DNA from: Candidatus Latescibacterota bacterium | Lineage (GTDB): Bacteria > Latescibacterota > UBA2968 | Direction: 5' to 3' | DNA: 64,000 bases | Assembly (NCBI GenBank): GCA_965205975.1 | Contig: OZ242195.1 | Coordinates: 2,976,001-3,040,000 of the forward strand | Part shown: positions 38,000-48,859 of the stretch, in pieces | How the letters are laid out: each line of letters opens with the position of its first letter | Position numbering within the stretch: the first letter of the stretch is position 1 | Program-made: the position numbers and the translations under genes | The notes under the pieces: generated by a model | The model's database searches: none | Seen by the model: the letters and a program-made list of their open reading frames with translations, nothing else | What the model was told of the DNA's origin: nothing

Positions 38000-38307
38000 A
38001 ATCTATCCTTCCACTGATTTTGGTTGTATTCGCTGTGCGTCATGATACGCAATACAAAAACCATGCCTGAGTTAAAATGGATAGCAGCAATGAGTCGATG
38101 TCGGTTTCGTTCAATATTAAATACATATACTGTTTTGCCACTCCCTACTTGAACGGGATCGACATTATTGAACGTGTGTTTTATATCTGATGGATTTTGC
38201 CATTCAGCTAAAAGCGTGGTTTTTTCCCAGTGTTCTAATGATGACCGAGCACCGGGATATTTATTTGCGTATTCCCGCAGTCGTTTCAACGTTATGATAC
38301 GTTTCAT
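37996..38307 (-). CDS. higB: HigB family toxin
   Basis: RIITLKRLREY, WQNPSDIK, VFNI..NRHRLIAAIHF, MTHSEY. Confidence 0.88.
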   Translation of the reverse strand: MKRIITLKRLREYANKYPGARSSLEHWEKTTLLAEWQNPSDIKHTFNNVDPVQVGSGKTVYVFNIERNRHRLIAAIHFNSGMVFVLRIMTHSEYNQNQWKDRL

Positions 38308-38322
38308 AAATTTATATGCTTC

Positions 38323-38742
38323 TCAATCCGCGAGCAGACCGATACCAGGCCACTGGTCATCGCTGGAAGTAATATCCACAGTGATGCCATCGGGATCCTC
38401 TACTTTGAACGCGCCCTCCTCGAGCTTATCCGGAGCCAGGGGCTCTTTACCGCCCAGACCATCGGAAAAAATCTCGTAGCCCATATCCGTCAACCGCCGC
38501 GCCGCAGCTTCCAGATCGGGAACCCGAATACCAATATGCAAATAATCCAGCATCCCGCTGACGTGCTCTGGGCGAGAAGGCCCATTGTGCTGAAAAATGC
38601 GAAAATTGTGATACCCATCGGTCAGATCAAAAGATTGACCTCGATCCTGAACGAGACGCAAACCCAGACCATCTCGCCAGAAGCGGATGGTCTCATCGAT
38701 ATCTGTGGCGCGCACGCCAATATGAACAAGTGCAGTAGCCAT
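38323..38742 (-). CDS. VOC/glyoxalase family protein
   Basis: HIGVRATD, FWRDGLGL, HIGIRVPD, EDPDGITVD; AGGAGG before MATAL. Confidence 0.85.
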   Translation of the reverse strand: MATALVHIGVRATDIDETIRFWRDGLGLRLVQDRGQSFDLTDGYHNFRIFQHNGPSRPEHVSGMLDYLHIGIRVPDLEAAARRLTDMGYEIFSDGLGGKEPLAPDKLEEGAFKVEDPDGITVDITSSDDQWPGIGLLAD

Positions 38743-38777
38743 GAGTATTCCTCCTGTTGAAGTATAATCTGTATCTT

Positions 38778-38857
38778 GGGCGAGGCATGCCTCGCCCCTA
38801 CGCTCTGTGGTTCTTTCGCTTTTTGCTTTTATCTGTGTTATCTGCGTCATCTGCGGA
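38778..38857. repeat. GTAG-type REP-like hairpin plus nonamer tandem repeat
   Basis: Minus strand GTAGGGGCGAGGCATGCCTCGCCC; plus strand atctgtgtt atctgcgtc atctgcgga. Confidence 0.8.
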
Positions 38858-38878
38858 TACTTTTGCCTTTCCTCACCA

Positions 38879-40624
38879 CTAATCCCACAACTGCCGCATC
38901 TCCGCACACGATTCGATCAACTCGTCCAGCGTCCCCACGCCCTCAATACGACCATTTTTCAGAACGACAATTTGATCTGCGCGGCGAAGCGCAGGACGGC
39001 GGTGAGAAACCACGAGACAGGTAGCCCGGCGGTGTTCAAAAACGCGCCGCCAGAGAACGCGCTCGGTTTCGACATCCAGCGCAGAAGACAAATCGTCGAA
39101 GACCAGAAGTTCGGGATCGCGAATAAACATGCGGGCTGCAGCAGTGCGCTGAATTTGACCGCCGGAAAGTTTGACACCGCGCGGTCCAACAATTGTATCC
39201 AGACCGTTTTCAAGGGTGGGAATATCGGTCTCCATAACACCATTGTAAAGCGCGTGTTCGAGTGCTTGTGGATCATCGGGCAACCCCAAAAGAATATTAT
39301 CGCGCAGAGACTCGCTGAAAAGACGCGGGATTTGCGGCGTATAAGCACAGCGAGGAGGCGCAAAAAAAGTTTTGGGATCCGCGACCTTCTCACCATTCCA
39401 GTAAATATCCCCATCCGCAATCGGAAGAACACCCATAAGCGCGCGGATAAGCGTGGTCTTGCCCGATCCGATTTGCCCCGTAATAACCGTAAACGATCCA
39501 GCGGGAATGACGAGATCAATATTGTAAATCCCATTTGTAGATTTGGGATAAATATAAGTCATATTCCGAATGGTGAGTGCGTTGAGCCTGTCCGATTCCA
39601 CACGGGATGGCAAACGCAGTTCGTCGGGTTCTCCATTGAGATAAACATCCGTGTGTTGAGAGATGCGTTCTCGGGGAATATCTTCAATCGTATAAGCCAT
39701 CCGAAAATAAGAAACTTCGGCGCGTTTGTGATTGGTGAGAAGGGTCCCGAGCAAGGAGCCGCTTCGGGCAACCTGACCGACATAAGTGGCAAAAAGTGCC
39801 ATATCGCCAACCGTGAACGCACCCGACTTCATTTTTTCCGCCACGAGGATCAGGATAACGCCCGTGGCAATATGCCCCAGATTGAAATTGATCGAACTGA
39901 GAATCTGAGTGAAGAGATTGTCGATAAGAGTAGAAGTGCGGCGCGCATCATTGAGTCGTCGAAAATGGTCAATCACATGGGCTTGCGTGGTAGCGACTTT
40001 GACAGCGAGGATAGATTGAAACATCTCGTTGATAAAATTGGTAGATCGCTCTGTTGCAACGCGCTGTGCGGTGCGGTATTTGTGAATATAATTGCGGGCA
40101 AAATCCACAACAATAACCACACCTATCGCCGGTATAATTGTAATAAAAGTGATATAGGGATCGATTCTCGACATATAAAAAATGGCGAGTACCGCAAATA
40201 CGAGATTGCCCCACATGTGGATATATCGATTGAGGTATTGAATAATGCCCAACACATCGTCTCGAAATCGGTTGGTCACCTCGCCAGAAGCGGTGGAAAT
40301 CTTTCCCGGATCTCGAACTTCCAGAATAGCAGTCATAAGATTTTTCCGCAAAAGCGTTTCAATAGCATACCACCAGCGCGGCCATGCAAAAGCCGAACCC
40401 AGAAGGGCGATGCGGTTGCCAAACTCAACAGCGACAAAAAGTGCGACAAGCGACCAGGCAGTGAACCCCGCCTCGGCTTGACCGGTGAGCGCGTCAAAAA
40501 AGCCCTTCATAATAACGCCCGCGAGAAAGGGCGCAACATCGTCAATCCCGCGAAAAAATATCGTAGTTAAAAAAAGGCCGGGACGGAACTTGAGCAACCG
40601 CCATGTCGTTTGCCCCATCGTCAT
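38879..40624 (-). CDS. ABC exporter, fused TMD-NBD, subunit B
   Basis: [14 protein letters not shown], degenerate Walker B (VFDD), SHR. Confidence 0.92.
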   Translation of the reverse strand: MTMGQTTWRLLKFRPGLFLTTIFFRGIDDVAPFLAGVIMKGFFDALTGQAEAGFTAWSLVALFVAVEFGNRIALLGSAFAWPRWWYAIETLLRKNLMTAILEVRDPGKISTASGEVTNRFRDDVLGIIQYLNRYIHMWGNLVFAVLAIFYMSRIDPYITFITIIPAIGVVIVVDFARNYIHKYRTAQRVATERSTNFINEMFQSILAVKVATTQAHVIDHFRRLNDARRTSTLIDNLFTQILSSINFNLGHIATGVILILVAEKMKSGAFTVGDMALFATYVGQVARSGSLLGTLLTNHKRAEVSYFRMAYTIEDIPRERISQHTDVYLNGEPDELRLPSRVESDRLNALTIRNMTYIYPKSTNGIYNIDLVIPAGSFTVITGQIGSGKTTLIRALMGVLPIADGDIYWNGEKVADPKTFFAPPRCAYTPQIPRLFSESLRDNILLGLPDDPQALEHALYNGVMETDIPTLENGLDTIVGPRGVKLSGGQIQRTAAARMFIRDPELLVFDDLSSALDVETERVLWRRVFEHRRATCLVVSHRRPALRRADQIVVLKNGRIEGVGTLDELIESCAEMRQLWD

Positions 40625-42363
40625 GCGATAAGTTCCTCCAGACCCGTATTGAGCAGGCGTGAAAACTGCGAATTTGGATCTTCGACCAATTCTTTGCGAA
40701 GGCCAAATTCCCGCACCTGCCCATCGTCGAGAATGAGAATATTATCCACGCGCTCTACGGTCTCAAGGCGATGCGCGATAATAATACCCGTGCGATTCTG
40801 CAACAGGCGTTCCACTGCAAAATTGATATTCTGCTCGGTTGCGGGATCGAGCCGCGATGAAGGCTCGTCCAAAATGATCAGACCGGGATCTTTGAGGAAA
40901 ACGCGGACAAAGGCGAGCAACTGGGCTTCGCCAGCCGAGAGACTACCCGAGACGAGTTCGGTCTCCAAACCATCGGGCAATGATGCATACCACGTACCGA
41001 GGCCGAGGTCATCCAGTGTGGCGACAATTTTTTTATCCGAAACATCGGGCCGAAAAAGGGTGAGATTGTCGCGTACGCTGGCATTAAAAAGCTGCACATC
41101 CTGCGTAACGAGACCGACGTGTTGCCGCAAATCATCGAGCAAAATATCCCGGATATTTTGATCCCCAATGCGAATTTGTCCGCGCTGAATATCGTAAAAG
41201 CGAAAGAGCAAGCGAGTAATCGTAGTTTTACCACTGCCCGTGCGCCCCAATAGGCCGAGAGTTTTGCCCGGGTCGAGAGAAAAAGAAATATTCCGCAGAA
41301 CGGAATCGCCGGGATTGTACGCAAAATGGACATTGTCAAACGCAATGCCCAAAGAATGATCATCAGCCAATTTTTCATTTCCATCCCGAATGCGGGTCTG
41401 GACGCGGTGCAATTCTTCAATGCGTTTAAGCCCGGCGGTAGCGCGTTGCAAATCGTTGATCTGCTGGCTAATTTGAAAAAGCGGTTCGCGCAACATCGAC
41501 GTATAGTGAAAAACGAGAAAAACCGCGCCAATTGTAAACGTACCCTCCCGATAAAGCCAGATACCCATCCCCATTGCAAGCGCGTAACCGAGCGCGAACA
41601 TAATGCCGGTAATAGCACGCAATCCCTCGCTCATAATTTCGGATTTCTTCACACGGGCAAAAACGCCGTTATTCACATTGTAAAACCGATTCACGGTATA
41701 ATCACCTGCACCATTTGTGCGGATGTCTTCAAGACCGATCAATCGCTCTTCGATAAATCCGTACAAACGCGCATAACTCTCGCGTTCAGCCGTATAAATG
41801 GGCACGGCAATATTGCGCGTGAGATTAAAAACAATAAAAGCGAGAATCGAAAAAGCCGTCAGCGCTGCGCCCACGCGCCAATCTTCGCGAAAGACGAGAA
41901 TAAGGACGCCCAAAAGAAAAAATGAGCTTCCAATAACATGGATGACAAATTGGGAAAAAAAATTAGAAAGCGCCGTCGTATCGCCGTCAACGCGCTCGAT
42001 CATCTCGCCCGGAGTATGCTCGTGGTGAAAGCCCATATCGAGATTGAGACAGTGGTGCGCGAGCGTATTCCGCATCTGATTCGTCGCGCGCCAGCCCACA
42101 TCTTGCCCGAGATAAGAACTCACAATTTGCACGCCCTGGCGAATAATGCCAATAGCGAGAAACGCGATACCCGCCCATACCAGATTTTGCACGGCTCCAT
42201 CTGCCTGCGCTGTATCAATAAAATATCGGACGATTTGGGGATTGAGCAGATTGAGACCAATGCCGGTAAACATGAAAACGCCAAGAAAAACAACGCGCTT
42301 CCAATGAGGGCGAAGATAGTGTATCAGGAGGGTGGCATAATGCCTGAGAGGGACGCGTTCCAA
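40621..42363 (-). CDS. ABC exporter, fused TMD-NBD, subunit A
   Basis: GRTGSGKTT, degenerate signature LSAGE, ILDE, AHR. Confidence 0.92.
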   Translation of the reverse strand: MERVPLRHYATLLIHYLRPHWKRVVFLGVFMFTGIGLNLLNPQIVRYFIDTAQADGAVQNLVWAGIAFLAIGIIRQGVQIVSSYLGQDVGWRATNQMRNTLAHHCLNLDMGFHHEHTPGEMIERVDGDTTALSNFFSQFVIHVIGSSFFLLGVLILVFREDWRVGAALTAFSILAFIVFNLTRNIAVPIYTAERESYARLYGFIEERLIGLEDIRTNGAGDYTVNRFYNVNNGVFARVKKSEIMSEGLRAITGIMFALGYALAMGMGIWLYREGTFTIGAVFLVFHYTSMLREPLFQISQQINDLQRATAGLKRIEELHRVQTRIRDGNEKLADDHSLGIAFDNVHFAYNPGDSVLRNISFSLDPGKTLGLLGRTGSGKTTITRLLFRFYDIQRGQIRIGDQNIRDILLDDLRQHVGLVTQDVQLFNASVRDNLTLFRPDVSDKKIVATLDDLGLGTWYASLPDGLETELVSGSLSAGEAQLLAFVRVFLKDPGLIILDEPSSRLDPATEQNINFAVERLLQNRTGIIIAHRLETVERVDNILILDDGQVREFGLRKELVEDPNSQFSRLLNTGLEELIA

Positions 42364-42489
42364 GAGGATTCCCGAAGTGGGTGAAAAAAATGGACATCCA
42401 AATCGCTCAAAGTTCTTGAAAATTAAGAGGTCGCATGTTAATTTCCAAATGAAATTTAATCACTAACACCGTCATCCAAACATTGAAGC

Positions 42490-42518
42490 TTGTCTTTGAG
42501 TGATTTGAAGGATATATT
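42490..42518 (+). promoter_or_regulatory. Candidate sigma70 promoter, near-leaderless
   Basis: TTGTCT-N17-TATATT, 9 nt before the ATG at 42528. Confidence 0.45.
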
Positions 42519-42527
42519 TTACCGTAA

Positions 42528-42860
42528 ATGAAACTGCCGAACAGGGAAAAAGCGCATATACCTCGAGAGAAAATCCTTGATTATCTCCTTTCGCCGACAC
42601 ATCGGGATGGAAAACCCAAGCATGATTTTTTTATTCGGTTTGGATTTACACGGGAACGCTGGGAACAGTTAGCAGATGTATTGATCCAACATGCACAATC
42701 TCATGATGTCCAGGCATTTTTTGAAACACCTTTTGGCTATCGATATATTATTGAAGGAATAATTATGTGCCCCGATGGTCGCCAGCCCGTAATTTTAAGT
42801 GTTTGGTTTATTGATGTCCGTGGCAATGCGCCCCGATTGGTGACTGCGTATCCGGCTTGA
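42528..42860 (+). CDS. DUF6883 domain protein
   Basis: MKLPN..KA.IPREKI.DYLLS..H.DGK.K..FF..FGF, PDGR, PRLVTAYP. Confidence 0.8.
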   Translation: MKLPNREKAHIPREKILDYLLSPTHRDGKPKHDFFIRFGFTRERWEQLADVLIQHAQSHDVQAFFETPFGYRYIIEGIIMCPDGRQPVILSVWFIDVRGNAPRLVTAYPA

Positions 42861-42882
42861 TAAGTGTATTTTGAGGATAGCT

Positions 42883-43116
42883 ATGAAAACCATACAAGAA
42901 CACGATCAGATTATTTTAATGCGTAATTTGAAAGAATTTGGCCTTTGCCTGGGCGATATAGGAACTGTTGTACTTGTACATCAAGCGGGTCGAGGTTATG
43001 AGGTAGAATTTCTCACATTGGATGGAAAAACCATTGGTGTCACAACATTGATGGCTGATGAGATACGTCCAATTGGTAACCGAGAAGTCGCTCACGCACG
43101 GTTGCTGAATACTTAA
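42883..43116 (+). CDS. DUF4926 domain protein
   Basis: GL..GDIGTVVLVH, YEVEFLTLDGKT; GAGG RBS. Confidence 0.85.
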   Translation: MKTIQEHDQIILMRNLKEFGLCLGDIGTVVLVHQAGRGYEVEFLTLDGKTIGVTTLMADEIRPIGNREVAHARLLNT

Positions 43117-43122
43117 ACTCTC

Positions 43123-44427
43123 TTGAAGATTCTACCCCGAATGTCTCCCAAATTCATTCCCCTTCTAAAAAACACGGGCCTCGACATCCATTGGGAAAAA
43201 TCCGTTGCAACATTCCCCGGCAATCTTCCCTTTCTGCAACCCGGAACCATCCGCGAAAACGGCGACTGGGCAAATCTTCCGCCCAACGCCATAGACTTCG
43301 CAATACGCGCCGCTAAACAAATCGCCACAGACCCCGACCTCGCGCACATGGTCTGGCATGCCCATCGCCTCCTCTTCATCGACAAAAGCACCCAGAACTC
43401 GGCAACCCGCGACTGGCCCCTCCTCGCCCCCGTACTCGGCAATTACGGCGGTGCCTTTTATCTCCTCATCGCGCTCTCGGGCATACCACAACTCCGCACC
43501 TACCACCAATCGCGCGACGTCCCCGAACACATCACCCGCCTCACCTGCCGCGACACGTACGTCTGGGCGCAACAATACCACGACATCGGCATTTTCAAAA
43601 ACGATCGTTTCTTCCACCCGGGCGAACCCGGCACCTGGGGGCTATGCACGCGCATCTTGCCCTGGCTGCTCGGCCATCTCAACGGCGACCTCTATCGCGT
43701 AGGACGCCTGCAATACAAAATCGGACCCTTTCGCCAGAAAATGCGCGCGTACCGCCATCGCACCTCTACACATCTGTGTCTCCTGTGCGAATCCGGATTG
43801 GAATTTCGCACCGACGGCAACTTCAACGGCGCGGGCGAACGGGAAGACCCACAAGCCTGGACATCTGAACTCACCGAAACCGCGACCCATATCATCGGCA
43901 ATCCCATACACCCCAACGGCCACGCACAACGCCAGCCGGTCGGCCTCCCTCGCGCTCACTGGAATTGCGTCCTCACCGAAGGCGATCCCATCCTAGAAAT
44001 TCACATCCCCGAAGACGGACCAATGGCATTTGAAAATTGCGGCGACTCCCTCCGCCAGGTCGCCGAATTCTTTCCCAAACACTTCCCCGACCGTCCCTTC
44101 AAAGCAATCTGTTGCACATCCTGGTTGCTCGACCCCACGTACCAGAACTTACTCTCCAAAAATTCCAACATCGCTCGCTTCCAGCGCGAATGTTATCTCT
44201 TTCCTCTCAACTCGCGCAGCAAATACAGTGGCCGTGAACGCATCTTTGGTCCATACTCCCACGACCTCTCCACAGCCCCACGCGACAGCAGCATGAGAGC
44301 CGCGGTACTCGATCACATCGACAACGGCGGTTGCCTCATCAGCGGCGGCTGCCTCCTCTGGACAGACCACCTCGACAAGTGGGGCACCCAATTCTACCTC
44401 CATCAATCTCCCAGTCCCCAAAGTTGA
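43123..44427 (+). CDS. DUF5596 / GNAT-like N-acyltransferase domain protein
   Basis: YRVGRLQY, LEIHIP, CTSWLLDP, SNIARFQ. Start may be 43141. Confidence 0.7.
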   Translation: MKILPRMSPKFIPLLKNTGLDIHWEKSVATFPGNLPFLQPGTIRENGDWANLPPNAIDFAIRAAKQIATDPDLAHMVWHAHRLLFIDKSTQNSATRDWPLLAPVLGNYGGAFYLLIALSGIPQLRTYHQSRDVPEHITRLTCRDTYVWAQQYHDIGIFKNDRFFHPGEPGTWGLCTRILPWLLGHLNGDLYRVGRLQYKIGPFRQKMRAYRHRTSTHLCLLCESGLEFRTDGNFNGAGEREDPQAWTSELTETATHIIGNPIHPNGHAQRQPVGLPRAHWNCVLTEGDPILEIHIPEDGPMAFENCGDSLRQVAEFFPKHFPDRPFKAICCTSWLLDPTYQNLLSKNSNIARFQRECYLFPLNSRSKYSGRERIFGPYSHDLSTAPRDSSMRAAVLDHIDNGGCLISGGCLLWTDHLDKWGTQFYLHQSPSPQS

Positions 44428-44452
44428 CATCTTCTCAAACACATATTACCTT
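44424..44452 (+). promoter_or_regulatory. Candidate sigma70 promoter for the ABC operon
   Basis: TTGACA-N17-TACCTT. Confidence 0.45.
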
Positions 44453-44487
44453 TCGCCTCACAAATAACACCCTCGCCACTCGTATCC

Positions 44488-44512
44488 CCGTGTCTTTGTG
44501 TCTTTGTGTGAG
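44488..44512 (+). repeat. Octamer tandem repeat (YYGTGTCT)
   Basis: ccgtgtct ttgtgtct ttgtgtga. Confidence 0.55.
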
Positions 44513-44541
44513 ACATTTATCCAATCCCATATCTTTCGCCC

Positions 44542-45516
44542 ATGTCCAACACCCCCGACATCGCCGTTCAAAATCTCCGAAAAACTTATGAAGTGCCCCA
44601 GCGAGAACCCGGATTGGGCGCAGCGATCAAAAGCCTTGTCTCGCGCACCACACGCGACGTCGAAGCTGTAAAAAATATCTCCTTTGACGTTGCCCCAGGC
44701 GAAATCGTCGGATTCTTGGGACCCAATGGCGCCGGCAAAACCACAACCCTCAAAATGCTCTCCGGCTTGCTCCACCCCACAGCCGGCGAAATCTCAGTCA
44801 TTGGACACACGCCTTATGCGCGTCACAAAAATTTCCTCAACCGCATCACCCTGGTCATGGGCCAGCGCAACCAGCTCATGTGGGACATCCCCGTAGCCGA
44901 CTCTTTTGAACGCAACCGCGCAATCTATCGCATTTCTCACGGCGAATACAACAAAACCCTCGACGAACTCAGCGCCTTACTCGACCTGAGCGATCTGCTT
45001 TCCAAACCCGTGCGCAATCTCTCATTGGGAGAACGCATGAAATGCGAAATCGCCGCAGCCCTGCTCCACCGCCCAAAGATTCTCTTCCTCGACGAACCCA
45101 CCATTGGCCTCGACGTCACCATGCAGCGCCGCATTCGCGCCTTCCTGGGCGAATATAACCGCCGCCACAGTGCGACCGTATTGCTCACCTCGCATTACAT
45201 GGCCGATGTCGAAGCCCTGTGCAAACGCGTCATTGTCATTCACCGCGGCGAATTGCTCTTTGACGGCGATTTAAATGCCCTTATCGAACGCTTTTCACCT
45301 CACAAAACCATAGTCGTCGATCTCGAAATCGAACGCGCCGACCTCTCCTCCTACGGCGAAGTCGTCACCGCCGAGGGCAACAGCGTAACCCTGCGCGTAC
45401 CAAAAGCAAAAACCGCCGATGTCACCGGAAAATTGCTCGCCAATCTGCCCGTCATCGACCTCACCGTTGAAGATCCACCCATAGAGGAAGTCATCGAACA
45501 GGTGTTTTCAAATTGA
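44542..45516 (+). CDS. ABC transporter ATP-binding protein
   Basis: GPNGAGKTT, LSLGERMKCE, LFLDEPTIGLD, TSH. Confidence 0.95.
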   Translation: MSNTPDIAVQNLRKTYEVPQREPGLGAAIKSLVSRTTRDVEAVKNISFDVAPGEIVGFLGPNGAGKTTTLKMLSGLLHPTAGEISVIGHTPYARHKNFLNRITLVMGQRNQLMWDIPVADSFERNRAIYRISHGEYNKTLDELSALLDLSDLLSKPVRNLSLGERMKCEIAAALLHRPKILFLDEPTIGLDVTMQRRIRAFLGEYNRRHSATVLLTSHYMADVEALCKRVIVIHRGELLFDGDLNALIERFSPHKTIVVDLEIERADLSSYGEVVTAEGNSVTLRVPKAKTADVTGKLLANLPVIDLTVEDPPIEEVIEQVFSN

Positions 45517-46316
45517 AACATTATACCACCATCTACTGGGCCTTTTTCAAGACCTCATTGCTCGAACAATTTCAATATCGCGCCGCCATGGCGATATGGA
45601 TGATCGGTCGCATACTCGAACCCATCATCTACCTCACCGTATGGACGACAGTCGCCCATGCACGCGGAGGCAGTGTGGGATCCTATTCACCAGCCGACTT
45701 TGCCGCTTATTACATCGTACTCATGCTCGTCAACCAATTCACCTTTTCCTGGATCATGCACATATACGACTTTCGCATTCGCCAGGGCGAACTCTCCAAC
45801 TTCTTGCTCAAACCCATCCACCCTATACACGCCGACATTGCCGAGAATATCGCGTACAAAGTCATGACCGCCATCATCATTTTTCCCACGGCAATATTGC
45901 TCTTCCTTCTCTTTGACCCCAATCTCGCCTTTCACATCCAGACATTCGCCGTCTTTTTACTCGCATTGGGCATAGCGTTCATCATGCGATTCTTCATCGA
46001 GTGGACCCTCGCCCTCGTCGCCTTTTGGACCACGCGCAACGAAGCCATCAATCAGATGTACTTCACACTCGGCCTATTTCTCTCCGGACGCATCGCACCC
46101 ATCGACCTGCTACCGGGTGCCATCCAGACCCTCGCCGATGCGCTCCCCTTTCGCTGGGCGATTGCATTCCCGGTCGAACTCATGCTCGGTCGTCTTTCAC
46201 AAGAACAAATCTGGAACGGATTCACCATGCAAGCCGTTTGGCTGCTCGCGGGTTTTCTGTTAATCCAACTCACCTGGCGGTCAGGCGTCAAAAAATACTC
46301 GGCAGTTGGATCATAA
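45513..46316 (+). CDS. ABC-2 family permease
   Basis: QYRA, IRQGELSNFLLKP, LSGRIAPIDLLP, C-terminal YSAVGS. Confidence 0.9.
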   Translation: MKHYTTIYWAFFKTSLLEQFQYRAAMAIWMIGRILEPIIYLTVWTTVAHARGGSVGSYSPADFAAYYIVLMLVNQFTFSWIMHIYDFRIRQGELSNFLLKPIHPIHADIAENIAYKVMTAIIIFPTAILLFLLFDPNLAFHIQTFAVFLLALGIAFIMRFFIEWTLALVAFWTTRNEAINQMYFTLGLFLSGRIAPIDLLPGAIQTLADALPFRWAIAFPVELMLGRLSQEQIWNGFTMQAVWLLAGFLLIQLTWRSGVKKYSAVGS

Positions 46317-46327
46317 GGAATTCATCC

Positions 46328-47113
46328 ATGTACTACTTAAAACTAATATGGACCTTCTTCCGCATTGGCGTCCTCAACGAAATGGCCTATCGCGTGAACT
46401 TCTACGTCCAACTCCTGCAATCCCTCCTCAGCCTGGGCACAGCCATCGCGGGTCTGGCAATCGTATTTTCACACACCGATACCCTCGGCGGATGGCAGGC
46501 CGTTGATATCCTCGCACTACTCGGCGTATTTATGTTTGTAGGTGGCGTGATAGGCATGGTCATATCTCCGAGTATGAGCCAGCTCATGGACGATGTGCTA
46601 CGAGGCCTATTCGACTACACCCTCACCAAACCGTGCGACGCGCAATTCCTCGCCAGCATCTCGCAAATCCGCGTATGGCGACTCACCGATATTCTACTCG
46701 GCGCGGGCGTACTCATTGCCGCGCTGATCTATCGGGGACTCGATATTGGTCCGCGGGAAGCCCTCGCCTTCGCCTTTGTCCTCTGTACGGGAGGCAGCAT
46801 CATCTACAGCTTCTGGCTCATGCTCGCCACCCTCACCTTCTGGTTCTTGCGTATCGAAAACATCCTCCACATCTTCCAGAGCATGTACGAAGCCGGCCGC
46901 TGGCCCATTGGCATCTACCCCCACTGGCTGCGCTATATCCTCACATTCCTCGTACCCGTGGCATTTGCCATCACAGTACCCGCGGAAGCACTCTCAGGTC
47001 GCCTGACACCCGAAAGCACGATCACATCTGGCCTGCTGTGTATCTTTCTCATCGCATTCTCGCGCTGGTTCTGGAAACGCGGCCTAAAAAACTACTCCGG
47101 CGCATCGGCATAA
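46328..47113 (+). CDS. ABC-2 family permease
   Basis: MAYRVNF, GLFDYTLTKP.DAQF, RWPIGIYP, YSGASA; start moved to MYYLK. Confidence 0.9.
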   Translation: MYYLKLIWTFFRIGVLNEMAYRVNFYVQLLQSLLSLGTAIAGLAIVFSHTDTLGGWQAVDILALLGVFMFVGGVIGMVISPSMSQLMDDVLRGLFDYTLTKPCDAQFLASISQIRVWRLTDILLGAGVLIAALIYRGLDIGPREALAFAFVLCTGGSIIYSFWLMLATLTFWFLRIENILHIFQSMYEAGRWPIGIYPHWLRYILTFLVPVAFAITVPAEALSGRLTPESTITSGLLCIFLIAFSRWFWKRGLKNYSGASA

Positions 47114-47126
47114 TAGTCATGCCCGT

Positions 47127-47155
47127 TTGACTTTCCAGATTCTATCGGCTATTTT
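47127..47155 (+). promoter_or_regulatory. Candidate sigma70 promoter
   Basis: TTGACT-N17-TATTTT upstream of AAGGAG and the ATG at 47200. Confidence 0.45.
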
Positions 47156-47199
47156 ACCCCTGCTTTCAACACCAGACAATACACATAAGGAGTTACAGA

Positions 47200-48858
47200 A
47201 TGGCCTACCAACTTCCCGAACTCGCCGAACCCGAAGCACCTGAAAAGAACGAAGTCGTACTCATTGCCAACGGCGACCTGCGCTTATCTGCCAACCAGAT
47301 GTGCTGGCCAGCACAAGAAGCAATGGAAAAAACCATCATAGCCGCAATCCAACGCGAAGGATGGAAAGTCCGCCGCGGACACCCCTACAAACAAGACGAG
47401 GAACACGGCTTTATCGGATCGCAAAAAGAAGGCATGGCCGTCTTCAAAAACATCCATCCCGACGCCCCCCTCATCGTAGCCGAAGCCGTCTGGCAATACA
47501 GCCACCACGTGCTTCACGGCCTGATCTCACACCGCGGCCCCATCCTCACCCTTGCAAACTGGTCCGGACAGTGGCCCGGCCTCGTCGGCATGCTCAACCT
47601 CAACGGCTCCCTCACCAAAGCCGGAGTTGAATACAGCACCCTTTGGAGCCTGGACTTTACCGACGACTTCTTCAAACGCGGCCTGCGCGAATGGCTCACC
47701 AGCGGCAGCGTCACCCACGACACCTCCCATGTACGCGACGCCAACACCTTCCGCCTGCCCGAAGCCGAAGCGCAACTCGGACAGGCACTGGCCGAGCAAC
47801 TCCAGCGAGAAAAAGCCATTATGGGTGTCTTTGACGAAGGCTGCATGGGCATGTTCAACGCCATCATCCCCGACCACTTGCTCAATCCCACAGGTGTCTT
47901 CAAAGAACGCCTCTCACAATCTGCGCTCTGGGCAGAAATGCAAACCGTCACAGATGCAGAAGCCAGCGCTGTTCGCGCCTGGCTCGAAGGCAAGGGCCTC
48001 ACCTTCGTCACAGGCACAAACACCACCGATGAACTCACCGACGACCAGATCGCTATGCAATGCAAAATGTACATTGCCGCCGTACGTATAGCCGATGACT
48101 TTGGTTGCGCCACCATTGGCATTCAGTATCAACAGGGGCTCAAAGACCTGTGCCCGGCATCTGATCTGGTCGAAGGCATTCTCAACAACGCAGATCGCCC
48201 CCCGGTCACAGCGCGCGCCAATGGCCAAGTCCTCTACGACGGCGAGGCACTCCCGCATTTCAACGAAGTCGATGAATGCGCTGGCCTCGACGGCCTGATC
48301 ACCAACCGCATCTGGAAAGCTTTGGATCAGCCACCCGAAAACACCTTGCACGACCTGCGCTGGGGCGAACACTACCGGGGAAATGGCATTGACGACTACG
48401 TATGGGTCTTCCTCATCTCTGGCGGCGCGCCGCCCGCACACTACATCGACGGGTACAAAGGGACATCTTCCGAACGCCAGCCCAACATGTATTTCCCACT
48501 CGGCGGCGGCACCTGCAAAGGCGTGAGCAAACCCGGCGAAATCGTCTGGAGCCGCATCTTCGTCCAGGATGGCGAACTGCACATGGACATTGGCCGCGGT
48601 GGTGTCGTAGAACTCCCACAAATAGAAACCGACCGCCGCTGGCGTGCCACCACCCCGCAGTGGCCCATTATGCACGCCGTCACCTACGGCATCTCCCGCG
48701 ACCAGATGATGGCGCGCCACAAAGCCAACCATATCCAGGTCGCATATGCCGAGTCTGCACAGGCCGCCAACAACGCGCTGGCCGTAAAAATTGCCATGAT
48801 GCAAGCATTGGGCGTCAAAGTTCATCTGTGTGGCACGAATAATGGATTGGTGGATTGA
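47200..48858 (+). CDS. L-fucose/L-arabinose isomerase-like protein
   Basis: [44 protein letters not shown]. Confidence 0.8.
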   Translation: MAYQLPELAEPEAPEKNEVVLIANGDLRLSANQMCWPAQEAMEKTIIAAIQREGWKVRRGHPYKQDEEHGFIGSQKEGMAVFKNIHPDAPLIVAEAVWQYSHHVLHGLISHRGPILTLANWSGQWPGLVGMLNLNGSLTKAGVEYSTLWSLDFTDDFFKRGLREWLTSGSVTHDTSHVRDANTFRLPEAEAQLGQALAEQLQREKAIMGVFDEGCMGMFNAIIPDHLLNPTGVFKERLSQSALWAEMQTVTDAEASAVRAWLEGKGLTFVTGTNTTDELTDDQIAMQCKMYIAAVRIADDFGCATIGIQYQQGLKDLCPASDLVEGILNNADRPPVTARANGQVLYDGEALPHFNEVDECAGLDGLITNRIWKALDQPPENTLHDLRWGEHYRGNGIDDYVWVFLISGGAPPAHYIDGYKGTSSERQPNMYFPLGGGTCKGVSKPGEIVWSRIFVQDGELHMDIGRGGVVELPQIETDRRWRATTPQWPIMHAVTYGISRDQMMARHKANHIQVAYAESAQAANNALAVKIAMMQALGVKVHLCGTNNGLVD

Positions 48859-48859
48859 C

